From: an uncultured Anaerolineaceae bacterium
Lineage (GTDB): Bacteria; Chloroflexota; Anaerolineae; Anaerolineales; UBA4823
Direction: 5' to 3'
DNA: 64,000 bases
Assembly (NCBI GenBank): GCA_964633225.1
Contig: CAZWFQ010000002.1
Span: forward strand, 26,469-90,468
The notes under the pieces are model-generated. The model was given only the letters and a program-made list of their open reading frames with translations. It did not search any database and was not told the origin of the DNA. Below, piece by piece: positions 9,397 through 18,761 of the stretch (position 1 is its first letter; each line of letters starts with the position of its first letter). The position numbers were made by a program, and so were the translations under genes.

Positions 9397-9436
9397 GAAA
9401 AGTGGGCGGCGCAGATGCACCGCCCACTTTATTTTA
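9397..9436. terminator. Bidirectional rho-independent terminator between the convergent LysM gene and trxB.
   Basis: An 11-bp stem (AAAGTGGGCGG at 9399-9409 pairing with CCGCCCACTTT at 9420-9430). T-tracts follow on both strands. Confidence 0.65.
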
Positions 9437-9450
9437 ATTACCTGGCTTCC

Positions 9451-10416
9451 TTATGAATGTTCCTCCAGGAAGCGGATTGCCTGCATACCGGCTGCAGCGC
9501 CCATCCCCGCGGAGGTGATCACCTGGCGATAATGAGGGTCGCCTGCCTCGCCAGCCACAAAAACACCTGGCACACTGGTGTGCATGCTTACGTCCGTTTT
9601 GATATAGCTGCGCTCATCCATTTCCAACTGCCCGGCAAAAAGCTGGGTATTGGGTTGGTGCCCAATAAAGATAAAGATGCCTTCAGTGGGACGCTCGTGC
9701 ACTGCACCCGTTTTCACGTTCTTCAGGCGCACAGCCCGCACGGCATCTTCGCCCAAGATATCTGTCACCACAGTATCCCAAATGAACTGGATCTTGGGTT
9801 CGTCGAAGGCGCGTTTCTGCAAGATGGCCCCCGCACGCAGGCTGTCGCGGCGGTGAACAATGGTCACAGACCTGGCATGGTGCGTTAAGAAGATCGATTC
9901 TTCCAGGGCACTGTCACCGCCCCCGACAACAACGACATCTTTGCCTTTGAAAAACCAGCCATCACATGTGGCACAATAAGAGACACCCCGTCCGGTCAGC
10001 TCCTGTTCACCAGGGACATCCAGATGAATCGGGTTGGCACCAGTTGCCACGATCAAGGTTTCAGCCTGGTATTCTTGGTTATATGTTTTGACACGGAAAG
10101 GGCGGCTGGATAAATCAACTTCGCTGGCAGTATCAAACTCCACCCGGGTTCCAAAACGCTCGGCCTGTTTTTGGAACAGCTCTACCAACTGCTGTCCACC
10201 CACCCCCTCGGGAAAACCCGGATAATTCTCTACCGTATAGGTGAGTGATACCTGCCCGCCCAGTGCCATGCCCGTCAGCACAACAGGCGTCAGGTTGGCG
10301 CGCGCGGTATATAATGCCGCCACCAGGCCAGCCGGACCCGAACCCAAGATCAACACCTTGACATTTTGACCAGCAGCCGGCGAGCTGCCTGGTAAGCCTA
10401 CGAGATTAAATTCCAT
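9451..10416 (-). CDS. trxB: Thioredoxin-disulfide reductase.
   Basis: 321 aa. Redox-active CATCDG, FAD motif GSGPAG, NADPH motif GGGDSA. SD GAGGAG. Confidence 0.9.
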   Translation of the reverse strand: MEFNLVGLPGSSPAAGQNVKVLILGSGPAGLVAALYTARANLTPVVLTGMALGGQVSLTYTVENYPGFPEGVGGQQLVELFQKQAERFGTRVEFDTASEVDLSSRPFRVKTYNQEYQAETLIVATGANPIHLDVPGEQELTGRGVSYCATCDGWFFKGKDVVVVGGGDSALEESIFLTHHARSVTIVHRRDSLRAGAILQKRAFDEPKIQFIWDTVVTDILGEDAVRAVRLKNVKTGAVHERPTEGIFIFIGHQPNTQLFAGQLEMDERSYIKTDVSMHTSVPGVFVAGEAGDPHYRQVITSAGMGAAAGMQAIRFLEEHS

Positions 10417-10473
10417 TTTGCTCCTCTATCAAACTCGAAACGCTCAAGTTAATGAACAACAACCCTGCGCCCT

Positions 10474-12171
10474 CTATCGCGGGCGAGAAAAAACCAACCA
10501 CAACAACGCCAGGGCTGCCCCCACCCATAAGATACCTGCCGGCAAAAGGAATGCCGCCAGGTAAAATTGAATGCCGCCAAACAAAAAGACCGCAAAGATC
10601 ACACTGCCGGCTGCTTTTAAGATAGCCCGTTCTAGCCGCCGGACTTGCTCTGCAAGCTGGGGGTCACGGGCAACCAGGTCGCCACGCTCGATCTTGCTCA
10701 GCATGGCGTCTGCACGGCCCGGCAGCGCAACCAGTTTACGCGCCAATCCGCCCAGTTCGTCCAGCCAGGCGCCCTTGCCAGCAGCGGTTTCCTCTGCCAG
10801 CAATTTGCTCGCATAGGGGGTAAGATATTCCCACAAATTAAAGTTTGGGTCCAGCCCCGTACACATCCCCGATAGGATCCCCACGGCTCGTCCCAAAAAG
10901 ATGATATCCTGGGGAATTTGGAATGGCATGTCATACACCAGGTCGCTGAACTGGTGGGCGAACTGGTGCATTTCTTTCACATCCACCCGTTGGAGCTCTG
11001 TCATGTTCTTGCCCCAGAAATAGTCAAACATAGTGCCCATTGCTTCTTCGATCAGCCTGAGGTCGGCGCCTGGGAGCAGCATACCCAACATCTGGTAAGC
11101 ACGGATCACACGCCCAGTATCGCGCGTCCCGACCCCAATGATCAGCTCGCGCATCCCCAGGCGGGTTTCGGCAGGGATACGGCCCACCATACCAAAATCA
11201 ACGAAGGTGAGCTTCCAGGGTCGAGGGCCATCCGGGGACCCTCCTTCCCCAGGCACTTGTGGCAGGGGCATAATAAACAAGTTGCCGGGATGTGGGTCAG
11301 CGTGGAAAAAGCCATCTTCGAAGATCTGTTTCAGGTAGGTATCCAGCAGACGGCGTGCCACCACAGCCCGGTCGATGCTTGCCTGGTTGATGGCGTCATA
11401 ATCGGTGATCTTGATGCCACCAACGTCCTCCAGGGTCAGCACATGCGGGGTGGTGTGCGTCCAAACAATATGCGGCACCCGAATATTCGGCTGACCTTTG
11501 AAATTGGCGGCAAAGGTCTCTGCGTTGCGCCCTTCAGCCAGATAATCCACTTCCTCATACAACGTGCGCGTGAACTCAGCCAACAAAGCGGGGACATTAG
11601 CCCGCTTCCGAATGGGCGGGTAACGCCGCAGCCATTCGCCGACCGTATGTAATGCTGCCAGGTCGGTGGCGATCAGGTTCTGAATATTGGGTCTTTGCAC
11701 CTTGACAACAACGCTCAAAGTCTCGAGCACATCCTCACCGGCCGGGCCAACGCCGTGAAGGCTCAAGCGGGCGTGGTGAACCTGCCCTAGAGAAGCCGCC
11801 GCCAGCGGTGAAACATCGAACTGGTCGAATTTTTCCTCCAGCGGCATGCCCAGGTCGGATTCTGCTACGGCCCGGATATCTTCGAAACGTTCGGGGGGCA
11901 CTTCGTCTTGCAGGCCGGCCAGCTCACCGGTGATTTCGCGCGGTAAAACATCCACCCGAGAAGAAAGGAACTGCCCAACCTTGATGAGCACCCCGCCCAT
12001 CTGGATGGCCATCGCCCGGTACTGAACTGCCGCCCGCCGAAGCCGTTCAGGGCGTGTGCGCCGCGATAGGCTTCGCAAACCCAGGCGCGGCAAGAGCAAA
12101 TCCCAGAAGATAACCCCAACCAGGATGCGAGCAAAGAAAAAAACAATGCGGCGGTAGCGCGCGCGCAACAT
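10474..12171 (-). CDS. ABC1/UbiB family atypical kinase with C-terminal TM helices.
   Basis: 565 aa. Shows the AASLGQVH and HADPHPGN blocks of the ABC1/AarF/UbiB family. Confidence 0.85.
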   Translation of the reverse strand: MLRARYRRIVFFFARILVGVIFWDLLLPRLGLRSLSRRTRPERLRRAAVQYRAMAIQMGGVLIKVGQFLSSRVDVLPREITGELAGLQDEVPPERFEDIRAVAESDLGMPLEEKFDQFDVSPLAAASLGQVHHARLSLHGVGPAGEDVLETLSVVVKVQRPNIQNLIATDLAALHTVGEWLRRYPPIRKRANVPALLAEFTRTLYEEVDYLAEGRNAETFAANFKGQPNIRVPHIVWTHTTPHVLTLEDVGGIKITDYDAINQASIDRAVVARRLLDTYLKQIFEDGFFHADPHPGNLFIMPLPQVPGEGGSPDGPRPWKLTFVDFGMVGRIPAETRLGMRELIIGVGTRDTGRVIRAYQMLGMLLPGADLRLIEEAMGTMFDYFWGKNMTELQRVDVKEMHQFAHQFSDLVYDMPFQIPQDIIFLGRAVGILSGMCTGLDPNFNLWEYLTPYASKLLAEETAAGKGAWLDELGGLARKLVALPGRADAMLSKIERGDLVARDPQLAEQVRRLERAILKAAGSVIFAVFLFGGIQFYLAAFLLPAGILWVGAALALLWLVFSRPR

Positions 12172-12183
12172 GCCCGAATGACG

Positions 12184-13014
12184 TTAGACGATCAACACCG
12201 AACAAGGGGCATGATTCAGCAGCCGGTCAGCCACATCATCCAGCAGGATTTCAAGCCAGCGATTCTGCCCGGGCTGGTGGTGTGCACCTACCACCAACAG
12301 ATCGTAATGGCCCTTTTCAAGTTCGTCTAACACCTGCTCAACAACCAATCCATGCCGGAGGAGCGGCACAACCGGATTGTTCAACCCGGCAGTTTGCATC
12401 TGCTGCATGGCGCTTTGCAAATGCTGGCCCGCGCGGGTTTTGCGGTCGATTGCAGTTTTTGCGGTATCAAAAAGATCCTTGGGGGCGCTGTCTGTCTTGA
12501 GTGCCACTTGCGACATAACATGCAGCAAACTGACCTCTGCCTTGATACCCTGCAGCAAGGTCCCTGCCCGGTGCATGGTTTCAACCGAGGGAGTTTCTGC
12601 ACCAGTACAGATCAACACTTTTTGCAACGTGCTGGGCACTGAACGCGCAATCAACAGGTGCGTATGGATCATCCGGGCCAGCTTGCTGCTCGTCGAACCC
12701 AGGTTTAACAATCGCAAGCCGCGTTGGTGACCGCTGCTACCCATAGCCACCAGGTCGTAAGCCTGGCCCTGGGTTTCAGCCAGGATCTGCTCCACCGGCT
12801 GACCATGGCGGACATTCTGTTTTACATTCAACCAACCCGGGCCCAGAATGCTCGCCATACGATCCATCGAAGCGCGCAAACCAGCCTCTTCAGCATCATT
12901 TTCGCAAACCCCCAACAAGGTTAGCTGACCACCCGCGGAGAAACCCAAGCGAGAGACCAGCGCGGCAGCCGATTCAGCTGCCGGTGAACCATCGGTACAG
13001 ATCAATATCTCCAT
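12184..13014 (-). CDS. Tandem universal stress protein (two UspA domains).
   Basis: 276 aa. Two repeats each end in a G-x2-G-x9-G(S/T)-like block (MGSSGHQRG...LGSTS, and VVGAHH...CSVLIV). SD AGGAGG. 12 nt upstream of the ubiB-like gene. Confidence 0.8.
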   Translation of the reverse strand: MEILICTDGSPAAESAAALVSRLGFSAGGQLTLLGVCENDAEEAGLRASMDRMASILGPGWLNVKQNVRHGQPVEQILAETQGQAYDLVAMGSSGHQRGLRLLNLGSTSSKLARMIHTHLLIARSVPSTLQKVLICTGAETPSVETMHRAGTLLQGIKAEVSLLHVMSQVALKTDSAPKDLFDTAKTAIDRKTRAGQHLQSAMQQMQTAGLNNPVVPLLRHGLVVEQVLDELEKGHYDLLVVGAHHQPGQNRWLEILLDDVADRLLNHAPCSVLIV

Positions 13015-13116
13015 CCAAACCTCCTATCCAATAATTAGATTGCTGCTTACAACCCTGCAAGGAGAAACAGTACCTTATTTTACCCCGAATGTGTTCAATC
13101 TCGTTGTTTTTGTGGT

Positions 13117-13875
13117 ATGCTATCGGGCATGTCGCATATTCCTCCAGACGGTTTTGCCCGCCTATACACATCCTTTCAATCCCCTATTGCAGCGCTAGAT
13201 TGTGGAAAGAAATGCTCACCCTATAACGAATTTGGCGCGCCGTTTTGCTGTGACACGCGCCATGCTGTGCCGTCAGCATACCAGGCTGAGTGGGAGTATC
13301 TACAAGCCCACACAAACCTGTGGCATCTCTGGCAATCGCCCGTAGACGAAGCCGAAACCGCCCGTGTACAATCTCAGGCTGCCCCAGGCCAGGTTCTCAT
13401 TGAATGCCAGGGACACTTGCTGTGCCAACGAGAGTACCGTTCGATGGTGTGCCGTGAGTTCCCCTTTTTCCCCTACGTCACTCGCCAGGGCGCATTCATT
13501 GGCTTGTCCTACTATCGCGAATACGCCGATCGTTGTTGGGTGATCAGCAATCTACCAGCCGTTACCCACGAATACCGCCAGCAGTTCATCCAGACGTATG
13601 ACACCCTGTTTGCCAACTGCCCCGAGGAAAAAGAGATCTTTCGCTACCATTCCGGCATTGTGCGGCGTGTCTATGGACGCCAGCACCAAGCCATCACCCT
13701 TCTGCACCGCGACGGAGAAATTTACGCAGTGACCCCACGCGACGGCAGCCTGAAGCGCGTTGATATTGAAGACTTACCCAAGTTTGGGCCCTATGCCGTC
13801 ACTGCAAGCTTAGCTTTTCCCGACGAGCTGGAATCGGGTGAAGCAGACAGCCATCAACAGGCGGCAGCTGCATGA
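13117..13875 (+). CDS. Cysteine-cluster protein, possibly YkgJ/CxxCxxCC-like; function unknown.
   Basis: 252 aa. [18 protein letters not shown], and later [24 protein letters not shown], where the C...C...CR-FP pattern is reminiscent of the YkgJ family. The start is ambiguous: ATG 13117 or ATG 13129. Confidence 0.4.
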   Translation: MLSGMSHIPPDGFARLYTSFQSPIAALDCGKKCSPYNEFGAPFCCDTRHAVPSAYQAEWEYLQAHTNLWHLWQSPVDEAETARVQSQAAPGQVLIECQGHLLCQREYRSMVCREFPFFPYVTRQGAFIGLSYYREYADRCWVISNLPAVTHEYRQQFIQTYDTLFANCPEEKEIFRYHSGIVRRVYGRQHQAITLLHRDGEIYAVTPRDGSLKRVDIEDLPKFGPYAVTASLAFPDELESGEADSHQQAAAA

Positions 13876-15635
13876 CATCCATTCCTGTGCTGGCCGAATT
13901 TACCCTTCCTGAACGTTGGCGTTCAGACCGTCGCGGTCCGGTACGGTGGGTATTCTCATATCTACGCAAACAATGGCTGCTGGCTGTCCTGATGACCATC
14001 GGGGCGATTGGCAACGCGGCATTGGCAGCTGCCGTGCCAGTTTTGATTGGCCGGGCATTTGAAGTCATTACCGCCACGCCCCCCCAGGTCAATCTGCTGG
14101 GTGGGCTGGCATTATTGATCGCCGGCACTCAAACCGTGCGCGGCATCTTGCAATTTGGCCGCAACTCTGGCGCCGAGCTGATCGCCCAACGCATCGAGCG
14201 CGATGTGCGATCTGAGCTGTACACCAGCCTGTTAGGCAAGAGCATGACCTTTCACAGCCTGCAGGCTGTTGGCGATACCATGGCCCGCGCCACCAACGAT
14301 GTGCGCGAAGTCAACTTCATGTTCAGCCCTGGATTGAACTTGGTGCTTGGCTCGTTTTATTTTATGCTCATGCCGCTCATCCTGGCACCAACCTACCACC
14401 CGGCGTTGATGTTGGTGCCCGGCTTGTTCATGGTGTGTTACTTCCTTGCCTTGTGGCAGTACTTGAAGGAGTTGAGCCCAATCACGATTGAAGTACGCCG
14501 GGCCTTTGGTCAACTAAACACGCGCCTGGCAGAAGCCCTGGATGGGATTGAAACCGTCAAGGGTATGGCACAAGAAGTTAATGAAGTAGCTCGCTTCGGT
14601 AAAAATGCCCGCCGTTTTCGGGATGCTTTTGTAAGCCAGGGCGATATTGAAGCCCGGTTTTTACCGCTCTTATTACTCGGCCTGGCCGAGGCCACCAGTT
14701 TTCTCCATGCCATGCTGCTTTACCGCCAGGGCTTGATCGGCCTGGGCGATGTGGTGGGATACTTTGGGCTGATCCAATTGTTTGGCTTCCCCACATTCAC
14801 CTCCCTCTTTGCTTACTCACAGGTCTCGCTCGGCATTGCGGGGGCGCGCCGCATCCTTGAGTTGATCAATCGCGAAAACAATTTAGATCAAAATACCGCC
14901 GGGCACACGGGCCCTGCGCTGGGCGCGGTTGAGTTCCGCAACGTCAGCTTCGCCTATCATGACGGCGAGCCTGCCCTGGAAAATATCTCTTTCAGCGTTC
15001 AACCTGGGCAAACTGTGGCCATTGTTGGGCAAACCGGAGCCGGGAAGACATCCCTGGTCAAGCTGATCAATCGCACCTACGATGCAGCCCCGGGGCAAGT
15101 GCTGGTTGACGGCCAGGATGTGCGCACCTGGAACCTGGAGACCTTGCGCCGCAGTGTCTCGATCATCGAGCAGGATATTTTCTTGTTCTCGCGCAGTATT
15201 GCTGAAAACATTGCTTTTGGCAAACCCGGCGCCAGCCAGGCCGAAATCGAAGCCGCAGCACAAGCCGCCCAGGCCCATGAGTTCATCATATCCTTCAAAG
15301 ATGGCTACCAGACGGTGATTGGGGATCGCGGCGTTACGCTTTCTGGCGGTCAGCGCCAGCGCCTGGCCCTGGCACGCGCTTTCCTGACCGACCCGCGCAT
15401 CCTGATCCTGGATGATTCGACCAGCTCGATCGACAGTGCCACCGAAGACAAGATCCAGCGCGCTATTTATGCTGCCGCTCGCGGCAGGACCACCTTCTTG
15501 ATCACGCATCGTCTATCACAGATCCGCTGGGCAGATCTAATCATTGTGCTTCGCCAGGGAAAGATTGCCGCTATTGGCAGCCATGCTGACCTGATGCAAA
15601 CCTCCGAAGCTTACCGTCGTATCTTTAGCGAGTAA
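13872..15635 (+). CDS. ABC exporter, fused permease/ATPase; subunit 1 of a heterodimer, carrying the degenerate Walker B.
   Basis: 587 aa. Six-TM domain, Walker [10 protein letters not shown], signature LSGGQRQR, and Walker B ILILDD with Asp replacing the catalytic Glu. ATGA overlap with the upstream gene. Confidence 0.9.
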   Translation: MTSIPVLAEFTLPERWRSDRRGPVRWVFSYLRKQWLLAVLMTIGAIGNAALAAAVPVLIGRAFEVITATPPQVNLLGGLALLIAGTQTVRGILQFGRNSGAELIAQRIERDVRSELYTSLLGKSMTFHSLQAVGDTMARATNDVREVNFMFSPGLNLVLGSFYFMLMPLILAPTYHPALMLVPGLFMVCYFLALWQYLKELSPITIEVRRAFGQLNTRLAEALDGIETVKGMAQEVNEVARFGKNARRFRDAFVSQGDIEARFLPLLLLGLAEATSFLHAMLLYRQGLIGLGDVVGYFGLIQLFGFPTFTSLFAYSQVSLGIAGARRILELINRENNLDQNTAGHTGPALGAVEFRNVSFAYHDGEPALENISFSVQPGQTVAIVGQTGAGKTSLVKLINRTYDAAPGQVLVDGQDVRTWNLETLRRSVSIIEQDIFLFSRSIAENIAFGKPGASQAEIEAAAQAAQAHEFIISFKDGYQTVIGDRGVTLSGGQRQRLALARAFLTDPRILILDDSTSSIDSATEDKIQRAIYAAARGRTTFLITHRLSQIRWADLIIVLRQGKIAAIGSHADLMQTSEAYRRIFSE

Positions 15636-15638
15636 TTT

Positions 15639-17477
15639 ATGGGCTTCTTTTCTGGACTGGCAAACGAAGGCTACGACCGCCAATACTCGGACCAACAACT
15701 GGCCCGGCGGATTGGCAGCTACCTCCGTCCATATACGAACACCCTGCTGGGCATCGGCGGGCTGCTCTTAGCAATCGCCATTACCGGGGCTTTGACCCCG
15801 ATCATTGTTTCGCGCGGGGTTGATCTACTGGACATCCAGGCAGCGGAGAGCAGCATTCTCACCCTCTTCCTGATCATCCTGAGCATCGGGGTGATCAACT
15901 GGGGCATCAACTGGCTGCGCCGCCGCCTGACCGTGCGCACCCTGGGTGATATCGAGCTGACGCTGCGTACCGACGCCTTCAAAGCAGCCGCAGAACACGA
16001 TCTTTCTTTCTATGATGAATTCTCATCTGGGCGCATCGTTTCGCGCATCACCTCAGATACCAAAGATTTTGGGAACCTCGTGGTGCTGGTCACCGACCTG
16101 CTCTCACAACTCGTCCAGGCCTTCATCCTGGGAGCTGTGCTCTTTACCATTGAGTGGCGCCTGACGCTGCTTCTGTTCAGCTTCTTGCCTGTTGTTTTCA
16201 TCGCTGCATTCAGTTTCCGGCGCATGGCACGCACCGTCACCCGCCAGGGCATGCGCGCCACGGCTAACGTCAACGCGGCCATCAAAGAAACCGTCAGCGG
16301 CATTGCAGTGGCAAAGAACTTCCGTCAAGAGAGCTCGATTTATCAAGAATTTGACGATGCTAACCAGCAATCCTACCACGTGAACGTACGGCGCGGGCTG
16401 ATCCTGGCCCTGGTATTCCCCACCTTGAATGCGCTGGAAGGCATTGGCACTGCGCTCATGGTTTACAGCGGTGGGTTGGGCGCCGCTAATGCCGTGGTGA
16501 GCGCGGGCGCCTTTTATCTCTTCATACAAAGCATGGGCCGCTTCTTCTCGCCGATATTAAATCTCTCTGCATTTTGGGCGCAAGTACAGAACGGCCTTTC
16601 GGCTGCCGAGCGCGTTTTTGCCCTCATCGATGCTGAGGCTGCCGTGGCACAGACCGACAACCAACCTGCCCCAGTGCTAGAGGGGGATATCCGCTTTGAG
16701 AATGTGAATTTTCATTACAAGCGCGAAGAGGCCGTGCTGGAGAACTTCAACCTGCATATCCGCCCAGGCGAAAACATTGCCCTGGTGGGGCATACCGGAG
16801 CAGGGAAATCATCTGTTGCCAAGCTCATTGCCCGTTTCTACGAGTTCCAGGATGGGCGCATTCTGGTGGATGGATGCGACCTTCGTTCACTGGATCTGTC
16901 CTCTTACCGCCGCCAATTGGGCATTGTCTCGCAGGTACCCTTCCTTTTTTCGGGAACGGTGCTCGAGAATATTGCCTACTCGCAGCCAGAGGGCATAGAC
17001 CGGCAGACCATCACTGCGCTTGCCAGCCAGATCGGCGATGGCGAATGGCTGCACACCCTGCCGCAAGGATTGGATACGGAAGTTGGCGAACGGGGGGCAC
17101 GCCTCTCAATGGGCCAACGCCAACTGGTTTCATTGATGCGCGTCCTGATCCAACGCCCAGCAATCTTCATCTTGGACGAAGCCACTGCCAGTATCGACCC
17201 CTTCACCGAATGGCAGATCCAGCAGGCACTGTCTCTGATCTTAAAATGCTCCACCAGCATCCTGATTGCCCACCGTCTCTCCACGGTCAAGGCTGCTGAT
17301 CGCATCATTGTCTTGGATAGAGGCCAGATCATCGAGCAAGGCGACCATAACGGCTTATTAACCCAGGGCGGTCATTACGCCAACCTGTATAACTCCTTCT
17401 TCCGCCATCAAAGCCTGGCTTATATTGATGAGGCCCGCCAGATGGCGCAGGCCGAACCACCTGGCTGGAAAGTCTGA
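15639..17477 (+). CDS. ABC exporter, fused permease/ATPase; subunit 2 of the heterodimer, carrying the non-canonical signature.
   Basis: 612 aa. Walker A GHTGAGKSS, Walker B IFILDEAT with the canonical Glu, and signature LSMGQRQ instead of LSGGQ. Confidence 0.9.
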   Translation: MGFFSGLANEGYDRQYSDQQLARRIGSYLRPYTNTLLGIGGLLLAIAITGALTPIIVSRGVDLLDIQAAESSILTLFLIILSIGVINWGINWLRRRLTVRTLGDIELTLRTDAFKAAAEHDLSFYDEFSSGRIVSRITSDTKDFGNLVVLVTDLLSQLVQAFILGAVLFTIEWRLTLLLFSFLPVVFIAAFSFRRMARTVTRQGMRATANVNAAIKETVSGIAVAKNFRQESSIYQEFDDANQQSYHVNVRRGLILALVFPTLNALEGIGTALMVYSGGLGAANAVVSAGAFYLFIQSMGRFFSPILNLSAFWAQVQNGLSAAERVFALIDAEAAVAQTDNQPAPVLEGDIRFENVNFHYKREEAVLENFNLHIRPGENIALVGHTGAGKSSVAKLIARFYEFQDGRILVDGCDLRSLDLSSYRRQLGIVSQVPFLFSGTVLENIAYSQPEGIDRQTITALASQIGDGEWLHTLPQGLDTEVGERGARLSMGQRQLVSLMRVLIQRPAIFILDEATASIDPFTEWQIQQALSLILKCSTSILIAHRLSTVKAADRIIVLDRGQIIEQGDHNGLLTQGGHYANLYNSFFRHQSLAYIDEARQMAQAEPPGWKV

Positions 17478-17486
17478 GAATAACAT

Positions 17487-18737
17487 ATGGGGCTCCAAAT
17501 AACCATCCCTTCACCAAAGGCTGCCATATATCCCGGCTTCAGCGATTTGCCCTGGGATATACCGCTAGACACCTGGAGCGGTCATTGCGAACGTATCGAA
17601 GAAGAAGTGCCGCGCGGACTCTCGCGCCACCCAGTTGTATTTGTCAACTATGATGGTAATCTGTATGCGCTCAAAGAGCTGCCGCCATCGCTGGCAGAGG
17701 CAGAGTACAGCATCCTGGCACACATGGACGAAATGCGCTTGCCTTGCGTCACCCCAGTGGGCTATGTTGTCACCAACACCGTCAACGGCCCAGCCAGCGT
17801 GTTGATTACGCGCTACCTGGATAATTCCATTCCATACCGCTCGCTCTTCATGCGCAGCAATTTGGATCGCTATCGAGAGCATCTGTTAGACGCCATGGCA
17901 GGGCTGATCATGCAGCTGCACCTGGCAGGCATCTACTGGGGCGACTGTTCGCTTTCGAACACCCTCTTCCGCCGCGACGCCGGGGCACTGCAAGCCTACC
18001 TGGTGGACGCCGAGACAGCCGAGATCCAAACGCCGCGCCTGGCCCCTGCCCTGCGCCTCCACGATCTCGAGATCATGGAAGATAACGTCACCGGCGACCT
18101 GGCCGATCTTGAGACGCTTGGGCACCTGGGCAGCAATTACCCCATCCTAGAGACTGGCTCGTATATCCGCCAGCGCTACCGCAGCCTGTGGGAAGAGATC
18201 ACCCGCGAAGAGGTGATCCAGCCAGATGAACGCTACCGCATCCAGGAACGGATCCGCGCCCTCAATGCCCTGGGGTTTTCGGTCAACGATGTTGAAATCC
18301 AGGGTGATGAAAGCGGCGACAAGCTGCACCTGCGCATCCAGGTAACTGATCGCAGTTTTCACCGTGACCAGCTTTTTGAATTGACCGGCGTGGAAGCCGG
18401 AGAAATGCAAGCCCGGCAAATGATGAATGAAATCTACGCCATCAAGGCCTATCTTGCCCAAGAGCAGAATCGCAGCGTACCGCTCAGTGTGGCTGCCAAC
18501 CACTGGCATACCCAACTTTTCCAGCCAGTGACCGGCCGCCTGCAGCCAATCATCCAACAGCGGGATGCAGCCGCTTCAGGAGGCGACCCGGCTGAGCTGT
18601 ACTGCCAGGTGCTTGAACATAAATGGTTCCTCTCAGAGCAAGCTCACCAGGATGTGGGCCACCAGACCGCCACAGAAGATTACCTGCACCGTTTTGGCCA
18701 ATCGGCGGATTGCTCGAAAGATGAGTTGACGAATTGA
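17487..18737 (+). CDS. DUF4032-like protein with an N-terminal Kdo/WaaP/RIO-like kinase fold.
   Basis: 416 aa. LYALKELP...EY...L and IYWGDCSLSNTLF...AYLVDAETAE look like a degenerate lipopolysaccharide-kinase-type core. 9 nt after the ABC gene. Confidence 0.5.
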   Translation: MGLQITIPSPKAAIYPGFSDLPWDIPLDTWSGHCERIEEEVPRGLSRHPVVFVNYDGNLYALKELPPSLAEAEYSILAHMDEMRLPCVTPVGYVVTNTVNGPASVLITRYLDNSIPYRSLFMRSNLDRYREHLLDAMAGLIMQLHLAGIYWGDCSLSNTLFRRDAGALQAYLVDAETAEIQTPRLAPALRLHDLEIMEDNVTGDLADLETLGHLGSNYPILETGSYIRQRYRSLWEEITREEVIQPDERYRIQERIRALNALGFSVNDVEIQGDESGDKLHLRIQVTDRSFHRDQLFELTGVEAGEMQARQMMNEIYAIKAYLAQEQNRSVPLSVAANHWHTQLFQPVTGRLQPIIQQRDAAASGGDPAELYCQVLEHKWFLSEQAHQDVGHQTATEDYLHRFGQSADCSKDELTN

Positions 18738-18761
18738 CCAGGTATAACATACAATAAGCAC

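Noticed and set aside
9395-9406. A shared 12-mer, AAGAAAAGTGGG, plus CCCACTTT between the trxB/LysM terminator hairpin and the nusA leader hairpin (34682-34708). I considered this as a possible REP-like dispersed element.
   Set aside because: There are only two copies, the match is short, and chance 12-mer matches are expected many times in a 64-kb window. Both hairpins are adequately explained as A/T-flanked terminator-type stems.
18726-18748. TTGACgaaTTGACCaggTATAAC upstream of the large kinase gene. I considered it as a promoter.
   Set aside because: The spacers between either TTGAC box and TATAAC are far too short (2 and 11 nt). The element overlaps the stop codon of the preceding gene, and read-through from the ABC/DUF4032 operon is equally plausible.
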